From Chrysomallon squamiferum (Eukaryota; Animalia; Mollusca), in assembly GCA_012295275.1 (NCBI GenBank), contig CM022665.1:42346001-42410000 (forward strand): DNA of 64,000 bases, given 5' to 3'. Every line of letters starts with the position of its first letter. The first letter of the stretch is position 1. The position numbers were made by a program, and so were the translations under genes. The notes under the pieces are model-generated. The model worked only from the letters and a program-made list of their open reading frames with translations, searched no databases and was not told the origin of the DNA. Of this stretch, positions 12,987 through 27,960 are shown in pieces.

Positions 12987-14987
12987 ATGAAGACAGATAT
13001 AAAGAATTATGTGTTGTGTCATTTTGTCTTCCTCGGTGTGTATATAAATATATCCATAAAACAACACAACAGATTCATAGATACACATGTACAGTTTGCA
13101 CTGGTATTTACTCTATTTGTCTTCTTTCCATTATCCCATTCATTATAATATTTGTTCTTCAGAGATTTCACATATTGTATTTTGATTTTAAACAACTGGT
13201 TTTTTAATTTTAAAATTTTTATAAAATTCAACAATTTTATTCTTATCCAAGTGAGAGTTTGTAATTATTTTTTTTTTAATTTTGTTTACATTATTTTTGT
13301 TATATAAATGTATCTGTTTAATTTTGATTTTTATCTTAATATTAAATTTTTATTCCATCCACATATGTTGCAGATAATTTTGAAAAGTAATTTTGAGTTG
13401 TTTTATTTTTTATTATTATTATTAATATATATATATTTTTTTGGTCTCTCTTCAAACAGATCATAATTTATTATCATTAAAGTTTGACTGAAGGGTCTGA
13501 AACTGAGCCACTGCATATGCAAATAATTATAGATTAACTGTTAAATAACATGGCTATACATACACGACTCTAACATATTGTAATCACTATAAATAGCCTG
13601 TTGAATTCTGCATTAAAAATATACTTTCTAAAGAATGCATAATTGACTATTTAACTGTTCATATTTATTTCCTATTGGACTAAAAGTGTTAAGATACAGA
13701 GATAGAGAATTTGTGTCTGTTTTTCATGTTTATTCAAAAATATATTCAGTGGTTTCTTAATGTTCTACTATTTTATAAGCTGTTGTTTCAAGATTTGTTA
13801 AACAAAAATAATAAATAGTAATAGTAATTAAAAAAAAAGGATAGAAAGAAGAAAAATTTAGTTTTTTCAAGTGATGTTAAAATAAATAACAGCCTGGACT
13901 CTAAGAATTAACAGTTAACCTCTCAAATTATTGTTAGCAGATTAAAAATTAATTTAGATCTATTAATAAGTTAATTAATCTATTAATTTTTAATTTATTC
14001 CCACGTGTGCAAGCATTTGTAATTTAGAAGTTTATTATTATTATTTTTTTTAATATATAAATGATTTATAAACTTTAATTTTGCTTAGATGGCACCAGCT
14101 TAACAGTTTTAATAGATAAAATGACTAATGTAAAATATATATATGTAATCTTCAATTTTTAAAAACATTTTTTAGAATTTTCATTACCTCTTTTTAATTC
14201 CCATAATCGTAACCTGAAAGTTAATCTTTGCATTCTTTTTGTTTACAGACACAATTTTGTTTTTTGTTTTTTTTTTTTTTTTCTCAGTCTCGTTAAAACA
14301 ACTGTTATTCATCAAATAATTTTTGACCCGATGTTCAAATAACTGTTCACGGCTTAAAAAGTAATTTCCACCTATTGTTACAATGACCACTTGTAGCTTG
14401 GGCTCAAACAAACACACAGATAGTAGAAGATGGCCTTCTCTCGCTCTGAGTGTTGACTGTGACAATTCTTCCAGACGCAGGGTAACGCGTCACATAAGCT
14501 CTCCGTTTGTCTGCGCCATACTCACAGTGTGAGCAGGGCAGAGATGTTTGTCGAGTTAATTTAGACAAGGCTTTTTCTCCCCGTGTAAAATCTTTCAGAA
14601 TGTTTTGTGACAAGAACTATTTGGCATTTCTGCTGTACATGGCGGGAATGTTGTGTGTTGCTTCGAAAGCGGAATGAATCGCAGTTGTGTAACATTTGTG
14701 TCGGGTGACCAGCAAAAAAAAAAACAGAGTCTTTGTGGTTTGTGGGAGGTGATGATGACAGATTTTAATGGTGTTGTCAAGATTTTTTATTTTTTATTTT
14801 TTTTTTTTTTTTTTAATTTTTATTATTAAATGACAGTAGTAGGATATTGGAAACAGAAAAAAAGAAAATAATTCGGTAACGAATTGGTTTGTGCTTGGAC
14901 AACAGTATTCCAGAATTTGCAGTAGGTTACATAAAATAATATTTGAACATCTTCATTTGAATTAGATCTGTATTAGATAAATAGAGT

Positions 14988-15394
14988 GCTGAAATAGCAA
15001 GTAAGCTGCAATAGCAAGTAAGCTGAAATAGCAAGTAAGGTGAAATAGCAAGTAAGGTGAAATAGCAAGTAAGCTGAAATAGCAAGTAAGCTGAAATAGC
15101 AAGTAAGCTGCAATAGCAAGTAAGGTGCAATAGCAAGTAAGGTGCAATAGCAAGTAAGGTGCAATAGCAAGTAAGGTGAAATAGCAAGTAAGGTGAAATA
15201 GCAAGTAAGCTGAAATAGCAAGTAAGCTGAAATAGCAAGTAAACTGAAATAGCAAGTAAGCTGAAATAGCAAGTAAGCTGAAATAGCAAGTAAGCTGAAA
15301 TAGCAAGTAAGCTGAAATAGCAAGTAAACTGAAATAGCAAGTAAACTGAAATAGCAAGTAAGCTGAAATAGCAAGTAAGCTGAAATAGCAAGTA
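14988..15394. repeat. 17-bp minisatellite, 24 copies (GCTGAAATAGCAAGTAA)
   Basis: Exact 17-bp phase from 14988 to 15394, with variants GGTG/GCTG/ACTG and GAAA/GCAA. Confidence 0.97.
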
Positions 15395-17211
15395 CGGTGA
15401 ATAAAAGATGCTAACAGATGTACAAAATATTTCAAGAAGACATTTTTTACATATGATATGTTTTAAATTATCTCTTTCAAGGTCATTTCTTATTTTTTAT
15501 GGGGTTTTTTAAATATTGAATTCAGTATTATGGTACTTTTTATTTTTAAACTTTTTATTTTATTCTTCAAGCTTACTCAAAGATAAATATATTGGAAGAA
15601 TATAATTTATTTATTGTTTAATTTGATTTCATAAAAATGTGTAAAAAGAATTAATACTGGTTTCATACAAATTTCATTTTTTAATTTTAACATGCCATCT
15701 TTTGTTTTGTTTTTCTTTTTACATTATGTTCCATGGATACATAACCATCAAGATGTTACACTGGGCTTTGTCTTTCTTAAATATTTAAAATTTTTATTTA
15801 TTTATTTTTTTTTTTTTTTTTTTTTTTTTTTATTTATGTAATGTCTTCAAATATGAATTGAATTATAAAAATTTAATAAATTATTTAAAATTTTTAAATT
15901 TATTTTGATAAGCAGTGATTTTATATAGTATCAAAAAACAAAAAAAGTAGCAAGTAAAAAGTGAAGTTACTTTCAACCCTTCGCCCTGCCTTACACTGCA
16001 CTCCCAGCATCAGATCAAACTGAAAATGTAATTTCCATAAATATCTTCATCAACAAGACATTAACTACTGCACATCAAAAGAAAAGAGAAATTTCTAAAT
16101 TATTATTATTTCTATTCCTTTTTTGCAGATGGTTTTAGATCTGTAGATGTTGATTGGATGATAGGTTTTAAAAAAGAAAAAGTTTACGACACATTATTTC
16201 ACATTATACCACCCATGATTCTTCAGTGATAGAATGTTAAATGCAGGCGAGTTGGCCTCGTAGATGATTATGTATACAACAAAGAAGTCAAACACACTCG
16301 ACTGCCCACCAAATATCTTGTTTTAACAGCAGTGCAAGCCAGCAGCAGACTGTGTCCAAGGCTCCCCAGTACGTGTGTCAGCTTGGCTTTAGTGTGTACA
16401 CATAGGTGCATAGGCTTGCATTCCACAGCCTATTCATGTATATGCATATTCACTCATGCTCATAAACACACACACACAAATATACATACATATATTCACA
16501 GACATACAAAAACATATACATGCATAACTCACTCACTCACATATGCATAACTCGCTCACACAAACAGACACACAGACACACACAGACACACAGACAGAGA
16601 TCCAAACAGACTTTACAGCATTTGCCAGACTTGTGAGTGTCTGACATATTGAGGACACTTTTTATTACAACTTACACATGACATCGTGTACATGTAATTG
16701 GCCATTTTTCCAGAGACAGACTTAATGGCATTCCTCCTGTTTTTTTTAAACTTATACTGCATATATTAATTTTTAGATCCTGTTGTAAAAAATCTCTATA
16801 TCCATATACATACATAACATGCATGTGTGAATGTGTAAAGGACATACATGGAATCACACATTTATTCATTTATGAGAACATGCACACAGACACTGAACTA
16901 TTTTTAATTATAAAATGTTTGGTATAGTAGCATTGGAATTCTAATCTTGAATAGATAACAAACTTGTGAAGTATTTTCTCAAATCTTCATTATCTGCTAA
17001 ATATTAAACTGAATATTGAATCTCTTACATTTTGGACTGAAGCATATATGGAGTATGAAGGAGAGAGGGACAGAAAGAGAGATAAAAACAAAAAGAGTGA
17101 TGGTATGTCTGTCTGTCTGTTTGTATATTTTTCTGTATATGAGTGTATTCCTGATGATAAAATAATGAAGAAAATCAGTTGTTAATCACGATTTTAAAAA
17201 TATATAGAAAA

Positions 17212-17244
<33 letters not shown>

Positions 17245-19727
17245 CAAATTAAATATCTCCTATACATCTGTTTATTCAGTCTAAACATAATTCACATACC
17301 TATGAAATGGAACTGTATATTCTGAAAATAGAAAGTGCATAACATATTGCTACAGTTTTGTCAAATGATATTGATTCATATATGGCCTGCTAAATGACGC
17401 AGATTTAAAAAAGTTCAATTTGTGACTATTTTGCTCTCACATTAACTATGGTAGGTTCTTTGTTTTATTTTTTAGGTGATATCAGCTGCAGAGCATTTAC
17501 TTGTATAGAAAATGCCAGTTATTATTAAAAAATATAAATTATGAACTTAATTTTAAAAATATTTTTAATAATAATAAGAGTAATCCTGCTGCTGTTGTTG
17601 TTGTTGTTGTTGTTATTATTATACATCAGTTTCAGAATTAAAATGTGGCTTTTTTAACGATGATTCAATTTATAGTCATTATATTCAATCTGATCTGTTA
17701 AAAAATAATTTAAAAATAAATTAAAAATTAAAAATTGCTTTTAATAATATAAAATTGTATAATTATAATTTTTATAAAAATGTTCAGCTTGACATATTTG
17801 TGATTATCAAAATATAATTATTCAAACAGTACTTTAAAAACATTTATTTATATTTTTTCTGTACTAGTTTTTCTCTTCTTTTCTTTTATTTGTTCCCATT
17901 TCCTGTATTTTTAAAGCTAAATCAAGCTTTTATTATTGTTGTTATTTTATTTTATGTTGTTGTTTTTTTCTTCTAATTAGTGTTTTAACTTATTGTTATC
18001 ATCACTACCAACACCACTACCATCATCATCATCATCATCATCATCATCATTAGTAACAGTAGTAGTGCTAGTAGTAATAGTAGCAGTAGAAATAGTAGTA
18101 GTAGAGGTGGTAGTAGTAGTGGTATTAGTTTTAATAGTAACAGCATAGTGGTTGTAGCAGTATCATTGTCAACATCATCATTAATAGTAGTAATAGTGAT
18201 AGTAGTGATATCACAAACTAGACAAAGAAAAACAGAGACTACATTTACTTTATCTTAGTGTTCAGTTTTACTTTCAAAACTGCTTGTAATATCTTGTGCA
18301 AATATTGTCACAGATGTGGGTTCAGGTGCAGTCAGCCAATGATGAAATCCGATACAGGTAAACTGCTATTATTTTATCTTTTAGCCGGACCTTAATCCAT
18401 CTGTTTCACTTCAAAGGCCACAATATGTAATCCCTTCTAATCCAAGGTGTCATGTCAGGTGAAAATGACTGACAATGTCAGCTAGATTTGATGGAAGAAA
18501 TTTTTTTTTTTTTTAAAACCCTATAACAAAGAAGAATTAAAAATGTAAAAAACATTATTCAAATATTTTTTTAAACTTATTATTATTATTATTATTATTA
18601 TCGACAACAAGATCATTATTATTATCATCATTGTTTTCATCATCGTCATTATTAAATTGTTGTTGTGATTATAAACATTATTGTTACTAGTACTGCTACT
18701 AATACTACTATGGCTGCTGATTATAAAGAATTTTAAAAATGTTCATTTATTTAATTTTAATTTTGGTTAAATGAGTGAGATATATTCATTACTTATTAAT
18801 TTTGCTAGGTAGCTTTAAAATTTGTAAGAATTTCTGGTTACTAATTTTAATACCAAAATGTTAGAGTGCTTTTAAAAAAAAAAATCATACATTTTATAAA
18901 ATTATTCTATTTATTGCTAATAGTATTTGTTTTAATGAGATAACTGTAAATCATCTTTTCATCTGAACACAAACATCAAAGACTTTTTAAATCCTTCTGT
19001 CATTATTTGGTATTAAAATTGGCTTTAAATGAAAATGTTTAAATTTTGTTCCAATGAAATTTTAAATTTGTTTCTGTATTTAGACAAAGTCCATTTTAAA
19101 ATTTTAAAATTTATTTATTTATTTATAAATAAATAAATAAATAAATAAAAGATGATATTTTCAGATGTTATCATTATTAAAAAAAACTCAAAACCAAACA
19201 AACAACAGTTTTTTTAAATGTTTTAACAAGTCCTAATTTTTATTTTTATTTATATCGATGAATAAAGAGATTTTTTTCTTTTCAAATTATACGAAGAAAA
19301 AAAAATGTAATTTTTCAAATTATATTAGAAAACATCATATAATGATTAACATACGGGAAGTATGTACAACCTTTTTTAAAAGTTAAATCAAGATGGTTAA
19401 ATGTATTGTTTTATAAATTAGCACATTATCAAATATGTTAAGTCTGTTTCAATGCAACAATTACAAAAATATTACTTAGTATGGTTCCTTTTCTTTAGTT
19501 AATTTTATTATCACATATTATTACATACACTACTTCTTCCTGAACAAAATGAATGAAAAATAAATCTTTACACATAGAAAATCTGTTAAAATAAATCAGT
19601 GGATTTATAAAGTTATTATTAATAAATAACTGCATTTCAGTGGTTTGATCTCAACCTGATAAAACTTTTTCATTTTTATAACTGTCAGAAATTTACAGCA
19701 TCCAAACTGTACAAACTCTCTCTCTCT

Positions 19728-19769
<42 letters not shown>

Positions 19770-20147
19770 TGGTTCTTTTAAATTTTATATCCAGTGATTT
19801 TTCTTTTCATATTAATTTTTTTGTTTTGTTATTATTATTATTATTATTTTTACACACTTAACTTTCATACAATCATAAATATTATTTTAACAAAAAAAAA
19901 AAAAAAACCACTAACAAAAAAACACACCAGCACAAAATTAAATCGATATCTGTTTGAATTTATTCTGATGAAGATTAGCTGACTGACACAGGTGTGTAGA
20001 AATTTTCTCATTTACACCTGCGTGTCATGGTCAGAATGGGTTTACCTGACATGAAGTTACACTGTCAAGTATTGGACAGCCTGAAACATTTGCTGTATCG
20101 ATTCTCCACTTTCCACTGCATAACTGATGCCAGGGTCAGTGCACAAA

Positions 20148-20790
20148 GCAAAATGTATGCTTCAAAATTTGAGACATATACTTCAAAATGTGAGACGTGT
20201 ACTTCAAAATGTGAGATGTTTAGTGCAAAACATGAGAAATGTATCTAAAATTTTGAGATGTTTACTTCGAAATGTGAGATGTTTCAGTGTAGAATGTGAG
20301 GCATATTTAAAATTTTGAAATACATACTTAAAAAATGTGAAATGTATATTTAAAATTTTGAAATACATACTTCAAAATGTGAAATATTTAGTGCAAAACA
20401 TGAGATGCATTTAAAATGTTGAAATACATACTTAAAAATGTGAGATGTTTTAGTGCAGAATATGAGAAGTATACTTCAATATGTGATGTGTGTAGCTCAG
20501 AATGTGAGATGTTAGTGCAAAATGTGAAATGTATACTTCAAAATGTGAGATGTACAGTAAGTGATATGTGTGTTAGTGTATAATGTGAGATGTGTATTTA
20601 GATACTTAAAAGTGAGATGTTTGTTATCAGCAGAAGTAAAGTGTGCAGGAATACTAGAAGTGAATACTACAGAAATGAGATGAATATTAATACCAGAAGT
20701 GAATACTACAGAAATGAGATGAATATTAATACCAGAAGTGAGATATATACCAGTACAGAAGTAAGATCTGTATTAAGACTAAAATTGAGA
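20148..20790. repeat. Degenerate ~21-24-bp tandem repeat (TACTTCAAAATGTGAGATG-like) with a 39-bp duplication at its end
   Basis: Recurrent aaaatgtgaga / tacttcaaaa. The string gaagtgaatactacagaaatgagatgaatattaatacca occurs twice at about 20657-20735. Confidence 0.8.
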
Positions 20791-21377
20791 TAAATGACAT
20801 TAGTATATTAAGTGATTTGTATTTTAGTTCTATAAAAGAGAGATACAGGTCAGTAGTAGAGAAGTAAGATTAGACATAAGATAATTGTTTGTTAGCAGTA
20901 CATGTGTATTAATACCAGAAGTGCATTTATTAGTACAAAAAGGCAAATGGGTATACTTGATAACTGCAGATACAGAAAACAACTGAAAACTGAAAACCTG
21001 TTCCTGTTAAGACAAATATACACTAAACCAGAGATTCATTTACCAAGCAGATTCACACTTTATGTATTTGGCTAATTTCTTGTACTTGGCTGTCAGACAC
21101 AACCAGCTAGGCTTAGTAAAGTTTAATGAACTTGCAGTCTTCTTTGTACCCATGGTCTAAGTCTCACCGCTAGATAGGTCAGAATTAATCTGCTGTTTAA
21201 AAATTTAGCTGACCCTAAAAGGTCACTGCGAAGAGTCAACATGAGTCAGAACCTGTGCATGACTTGAGAGATTATGTAACACTACTCCCCCACAACTGAT
21301 TTATCTCTACATTCATGTAAGTAGTCCACTGGCCTTGCTGTTCAAAGTGTGCAGCAAACGATGATTAATATTCACCG

Positions 21378-21560
21378 GTCTTGTATCAATAGCAAATATA
21401 CAATGATAAGTATTTATAGATCTTGTATCAATAGCAAAAGTATATGATGGTAAGTATTCATAGATCTTGTATCTATAGCAAAAATATGATAAGAATATGT
21501 GGATTTTGTATCAATAGCAAAAATATATGATGTTAAAGTATTTATAGATCTTGTATGAAA
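21378..21560. repeat. Degenerate ~43-bp tandem repeat, 4-5 copies
   Basis: Repeated tcttgtatcaatagcaaaa...tgat..taagtatttataga. Confidence 0.8.
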
Positions 21561-21804
21561 AGTACAGATGATTAAACTTTGGTCAGATTTTCTCTATCAT
21601 TTAATTAAAAAGACATGAACAAAAAGGAGTTTGGTACATTAATCTTGCACTGTTTTGAAACGTTTGACGTGTTATTTGTTTTTTTTGGGGGGGTTTGGGA
21701 TGGGCTCTTATCCCACCTTTAATTTTTTAATTTTTAATTTTTTGTGGAGGTGTTAATGTAAGAGGGCAGTTTCTTTGTATTTTTAAATATTTTATGTTAT
21801 TTTT

Positions 21805-21839
<35 letters not shown>

Positions 21840-22774
21840 TAGACAGTACATGTTTGCAGACATGCTTGGGCACATGGCTAACAAGTAACGTAACAATGCG
21901 TGAAAATTAACTCCTTTGTCACAGAGATAGTGACTTGTCAGTAAAGGGATATTTTGAGAAACTCTACACTTAGTGTGTATCGCTCATCCACGGGTAACCC
22001 AAACAGTTAATCCATGGATTACAGCCCTGTTATTTTCTATTATATTCTGTTATTTTTTAATTATTATTCAAAAAAATTACATATAAACATGTTTTTTTTT
22101 TTTAAATTGTAACAAAAATGTATAGGGAGATTTTGAATTACAATCACTTTTTGTTAGTTGATTTGAACCAGTAATACTTGAATAATAGCTTTTTTTAATT
22201 TATTATTATGTCATAATAAAAACATTGTAAGTGAATTGCTGTCATTTAATTATTTATATCAGAATTTTTATGATATAAATTTAAATTTATTTAAAATGTT
22301 TTTTGTTTTAATATATCACTTTTTTTCTCTTTTTTTTTGATATTTAGATTTTCTACTATTGTTCCATAATGATGGTCATAACCACTACTGCCAATAGTCT
22401 ACCAATACTGTTACAACTACATCTACTACAACTACTTCTATCACCATCACTACAAGCAGTACCAATATCTTACTTGTAACTACTACCACTGTTACTACTT
22501 CATCATTTTTCTACTATTATCATCACCACTGCTACTACTACTGCTACTACTACTGCTACTACTACTGCTACTACTACTGCTACTACTACTGCTAGTCTTA
22601 TTACTAGTACCATGGCCTCCACCACCAACACTGAAAGCAAAATTATCAAAAGTATCTTCTAAAGCAAAACATAAGACAGCTAATTTTTATTTTCATTAAA
22701 TTAAATAAACTTGAATAGAACAACTCTGTAATTTTCAAAATATCATATAGAAAAAAAAAAAAAAGTATAATTCA

Positions 22775-22850
<76 letters not shown>

Positions 22851-24481
22851 TGAGTGTGTGTGAGTGTGAGTTTCACATGTTAAGCAGAATAAGTTAAAAA
22901 GTGTGAGCATCACAGGCAATCAGGCCTGTGAATCTGAATTACATTTTGTTGGATGTTTTAAAGAGAAGGGATACAAACAAGTTTTGCCTTTTTTGTTTGT
23001 TTTAAACAGATGTCGGTGCTGGGAAGTGATCCTGCTGCATCAGTTTTGTTGAGTTTTAAAAGACCCGTTACAGCAGAATTAATTTAGCATGAAGATTTAA
23101 TAACATGTTGGTTAATATTCTCTTTTTTTTTCCTTTTTATTGACATATATTAATGTTTGTATCCGATATGCTTCTGATACATATATTAACATTATACATT
23201 TAAATAAAGTTAATATGGAAATTGTAACGTGATTTGAATATTTTATTTTTTATTTTTTCTAAAACATATAATTGAATACAGTTGTAAAGTTTCTGGTATA
23301 GTTTTTTTATAATATTAGTCTGTAAGGTGATAATTATTATTTTGTATGGGAAGAACAGCACCTAGCCATTATGTAATAATTTATAGTAAACAATATATTG
23401 TTTAATTTTTTATTGTAGTATTGGTATACATATTTATAACATAAATCTAATGTACAAATTTTTATTTATTTTTTTGACTTTATTTTAAATACAGATTTGT
23501 TAAACAGCATAATTCTATTATTATATTACATGTATAATTCTGTTTTTGAAATATAATAGTCTATAATTTATTAATATTTTATTTTTGTAATAGTTATTTT
23601 TGTAAAAATATACAATATAATTATATCATCTAAATTGTGTTTTATATTAACATTTTTTATATAATCCATATTAACTATAGGATATAATCATATTGTTGGA
23701 GTATACAATATAATTCTATTTTTACAATATGGTAATCTATAATCTATAATTATTAACATTTTAATTTTATAATCATTACAATTATATCATTAAAAACACC
23801 ACAATTCAATATATTTTTATTGTTATAGTACAGAATTTTATTTTTACATGATCATAGTCTACATTAAGATTTTGTTGTTACAAACCTGATAAAGTGTACA
23901 ATGTACATTATGCTGTAATAATTATATTATTACAGCATAATGTACAATAGCATTTTACTTTTTACAATATGATAGTCTATAATTATTAACATTTTAATTT
24001 TATTATCCTTATAAAATGTAGATTACATGATTAAAAAAACCACCATACAGTATAATTTTACTGTCATAGATAACTGAAATATTATAACAGTATATTTCAC
24101 AATTGAATTCAAGATAATATTATAATAATTAAGTAGAATATAAGAAGTTTTGTTCTGTTTTGTTTTTTGAATTTTTTTTTTTTTTGATTTTTTTTTTTTT
24201 AGGTTTTTTGTGGATATTTTTCATTATAATGAAATCTTTATGTATAGCACAAAATAAAATTGATTTTATTAATGAAACAGAATTTTTAAAAATTTATTTT
24301 TTTTTTTTTATATCTTTGTTTAGCCTTATACAGCATGCTGTATCTCAGACTGTAATTTGTTTTGTTTTTTAACAGAAGAGGATTTTTTTTTCATACTTTT
24401 GCCTTTAATATATATATATATATAATATTTGTTTTTAGTAAATATTAATCTATTATTATGATGATGATGATGATGATGATG

Positions 24482-24569
<88 letters not shown>

Positions 24570-24689
24570 CTTCTTTTAAAGAAGAATAAAAACAATTTAA
24601 CTTCAGTTAATTATATTTCAATTACAACAGATTAATTTAAGCTAATTACATTTAGAGGAAACCCATAAAAACAATCAACTAATTGCACC

Positions 24690-25250
24690 CAGGTGAGAAC
24701 AACCTGTCTGTCACCTGTGCACCAAGGTGTCAACAACAGCGACAACAAACCTACTGAGAAAGAAAGAGGCCAGCGAAGAGTGAGTAAAGAAAAACAACAA
24801 CAAAACTTTTCTAGTGTCATTCTGACATCGTGCTGTTGTTTTGTTTTGAGATGGTTCGGGCTCACTGGGATTGCTGTACTTCCTGCGGCTGGCATGCTGC
24901 ATGGACGATGACGTCGACTCACACCGTCGTGCTACACGGCGAGACTGCAACATCGCACAGGATGGCGCAACGTTGGACCTTGCTCTGCATTTGCTCATCC
25001 TATTTGCTGACCCGGCTGGGACAAAGCCGCGCTGGACATACCAGACGTGGCATCCACCAGACGACGTGAGTCACGGCCCGCTATCTGACAGCTCCCGTAA
25101 TGGATGACATGTGGGCCCCCAGGTTAGGTAACTCTAGATAACAGAGGTCAAGCATGGTGACCTCTTTGCCGTGTCCTCAACAAACTGAGGCCAGCACAGA
25201 CGGAGGATGGCCCCAGGCTTGGAGATCATTATTAAACTTGGGAGCTCATA
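24690..25250. promoter_or_regulatory. GC/CpG-rich intronic island (enhancer or cryptic exon)
   Basis: Strong CpG-rich block within intron 1. Contains CRE-like TGACGTC (~24909), AP-1 TGAGTCA (25067-25073), E-boxes CAGGTG/CACCTG (~24690-24720) and a donor-like GAC|GTGAGT at 25066. Confidence 0.4.
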
Positions 25251-26306
25251 ACCTACATATTTTTATTTTTATATATATTTATTTTTTTATTACAGTATGA
25301 AAAGAATGTTTAACAATATGTAAATTAAAAGGTCCGTGCTGTTGATCATTGAAGTGTGGCAAAAAAAAAAAAAAAAAAAAACCAGAGAAGAAATAAAAAA
25401 AGGATTGAGATGGCCTGTGTTTTCCTAGCAACTGATGAACGTTGTTGCATTGTGTTGGAGACACACATTACAGAAAACGGCAAAGTTCATCACAGGCCAG
25501 ATAAATGCGCTTGCTGTAAGTGCAATGAACCTTCAAACTCTTCCCTGATTGGTCAGTCGCGGCTAGTTGCCTCACGATATGCAGCAACTGGCTACTCTTT
25601 TTCTGTCTTTCTCACTTTTTTTTTTTTTTTAATTATTACACAGCTCACTTTTTGACTGCATGACCTAGCTGTTTACAATTACAAGAAAAGAAAAAAAAAA
25701 CATTCCTTTGGAAATAAACGGAAAGCTGGCTTTTATTATTTGACCCTCAAGACATTGTGAGTCTGGGCAGACAGAGAGAGAAAAAAAAAAAAAAAAAAAA
25801 AAGAAAAAATATATAAAAAGATTGCTGTTATTGTGAGCTAAAGGGGATTGCAAAATCTGTGGCTGGATCATATTTCAGTGTTACACACACATGCAGTGAG
25901 AGAGAGAGAGAGAGAGTCATGGTGTGACCAAAGCATGCATGCACACACATACTGTCTTTCTTTCCCCTTGCTGCTTTGCCTTGTGTAATGCACACACACA
26001 TGTGTGCACGTTGTTATGTACTTTGATGTAAAAGAATTCGTGACATGCGGAGTGCACTTGGTTGTGCTGGGGGTGAGGGGGTGGCTGGCTGGCTGCTACA
26101 GTGTAATGACTAGAGCAGAAAAAGGGAAAGGTTAGGGTGGCAGAATGAATAGGAAGACATTTTGACCTCGGTTAACCCAGAGTGTAACAGACTGTGCTAG
26201 AAAATATAGAGTTACATCCATAGTCTGTCTGACAGTAGATATTTGAATTTAAACGTTTTTTCTTAAAATTTAAATATTCCTCCCTGAAACCACAGCTCCC
26301 ATGTTT

Positions 26307-26358
<52 letters not shown>

Positions 26359-27010
26359 TTGTAACTGTTTTTATTTTGATTTCATTGTTTCTTCTTTTTC
26401 CTGGGTTTGTTTAATTATTATTATTTTAAAATATATTTTACCTTTTTTTCTCTGTCTGATTTATTTTATTTCCACAGTTCAATATAGTTAAAAGAGTATT
26501 ATATTTTTAATTTGTTTTTGTTTTTTCAGTTATTAATTACTGTCTTTTAATAGTTTAAAAAATTCATAATAATCACTGCCATAAAGACATTACTGTCACT
26601 TTATAATTGTTGTACAGTTAACACCACCACTATTACTACTACTACTACTACCACCACCACCACCACTATTACTACTATCACCATTATTTATTTATTTATT
26701 GTTTTTTCATAGAAATCATAAGTAAATACTGCATAAAAGCAAAAACCTCTCCTTTTTAACTCATTCCCTCTTTCTATCTTTCTTTTTCCTTCTCTTTTCT
26801 GTCTGTCATGTTAGCATCTTTCTCTTTCTTTTCTTTCTGTCATCATTTTGGTTCTCTGTTTTTTTTCACTGTCATACGCAGATTCAGACAAGCAAACACA
26901 ATTTTTAACAACTGATGATACGGAGACCAATTTCGTTAGAGAAAATAAAAACCACGTAGAAAATAGTGAAAAACTGGCTGTGGTTCAGAATGAGGACAGC
27001 CCTTTACAAA

Positions 27011-27046
<36 letters not shown>

Positions 27047-27319
27047 AGTAATGTATCTATTTCAGCAGCCTGTATGCAGTTCTGATCATTTGAATTTAAC
27101 TCTTTTTAAATTTGTATTAATCTTCCGTTAAATCCAATAAGTCTTTCTAATTTTGATGTATTAAAATCTTAGCAAAGGATGTCGCTTATCCTTCAGATCA
27201 AAGTGAGATTAAAACTTTCATATGAAGCTTTGCATCGCTCTAATTAGAATTTGTCATGATGAAAATGATGGAACAAAGATGGTGCAAGATTTCTTTTATT
27301 TATTAATAATTCTCTTATG

Positions 27320-27960
27320 TATCATTTCAAGGTTTATTTTAATTTATTTTTTTTTTTTTTACTTCAAGGTTAATTTGGTTTTATTATTATTTTTTTTTTT
27401 TTATGCATTTCTTTTCAAGGGATATTTTATTTTATTAATAAACTTTTTTTTTTTTATCATATTATTTCAAGGTTAATTTTGTTTTATTAATAATACTTTT
27501 TTATATATCTTTTCAAGGTTTGTTTTATTAATAATTTATTATATTTTTTTAAATATTATTTCAAGGTTAATTTTGTTTTATTAATAATACTTTTTTATGT
27601 GTCTTTTCAAGCTTAATTTTATTTTATGAATAATTTTTTAAGTTTTTTTTTATTTTTATTTTATAAACAAATTCTTTTATATTCCTTCAGATATTTTAAT
27701 AATTATTTTATATATCAGGTGATGAACTGATTATAAAATGAGATTGTTGTTGGGAATATATAATCTGATACATTTTAATAATTATTTTATAAACAAGGTG
27801 ATGAACTGATTTAAAAGATGAGATCTGTTGTTGAGAATATATAATCTGATACAGTTTAATAATTATTTTATATAGGCCCATCAGGTGATCAACTGATTTA
27901 AAAGATGAGATCTGTTGTTGAGGTGATGAACAAGATTTAAAAGATCTGTTGTTGAGAATG
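27320..27960. repeat. Two adjacent degenerate tandem arrays (~45 bp and ~80 bp units)
   Basis: tttcaaggttaattttgttttattaataat repeats, followed by aggtgatgaactgatttaaaagatgagatctgttgttgagaat repeats. Confidence 0.75.

Noticed and set aside
14988-15394. The repeat unit GCTGAAATAGCAAGTAA resembles the SpCas9 sgRNA scaffold (GCTAGAAATAGCAAGTTAA)
   Set aside because: Only a 12-nt exact match. The scaffold's GAAA loop is synthetic, the rest of the scaffold is absent, and the array shows ordinary minisatellite variant runs. It is most likely coincidence, though it may cause false hits in scaffold searches.
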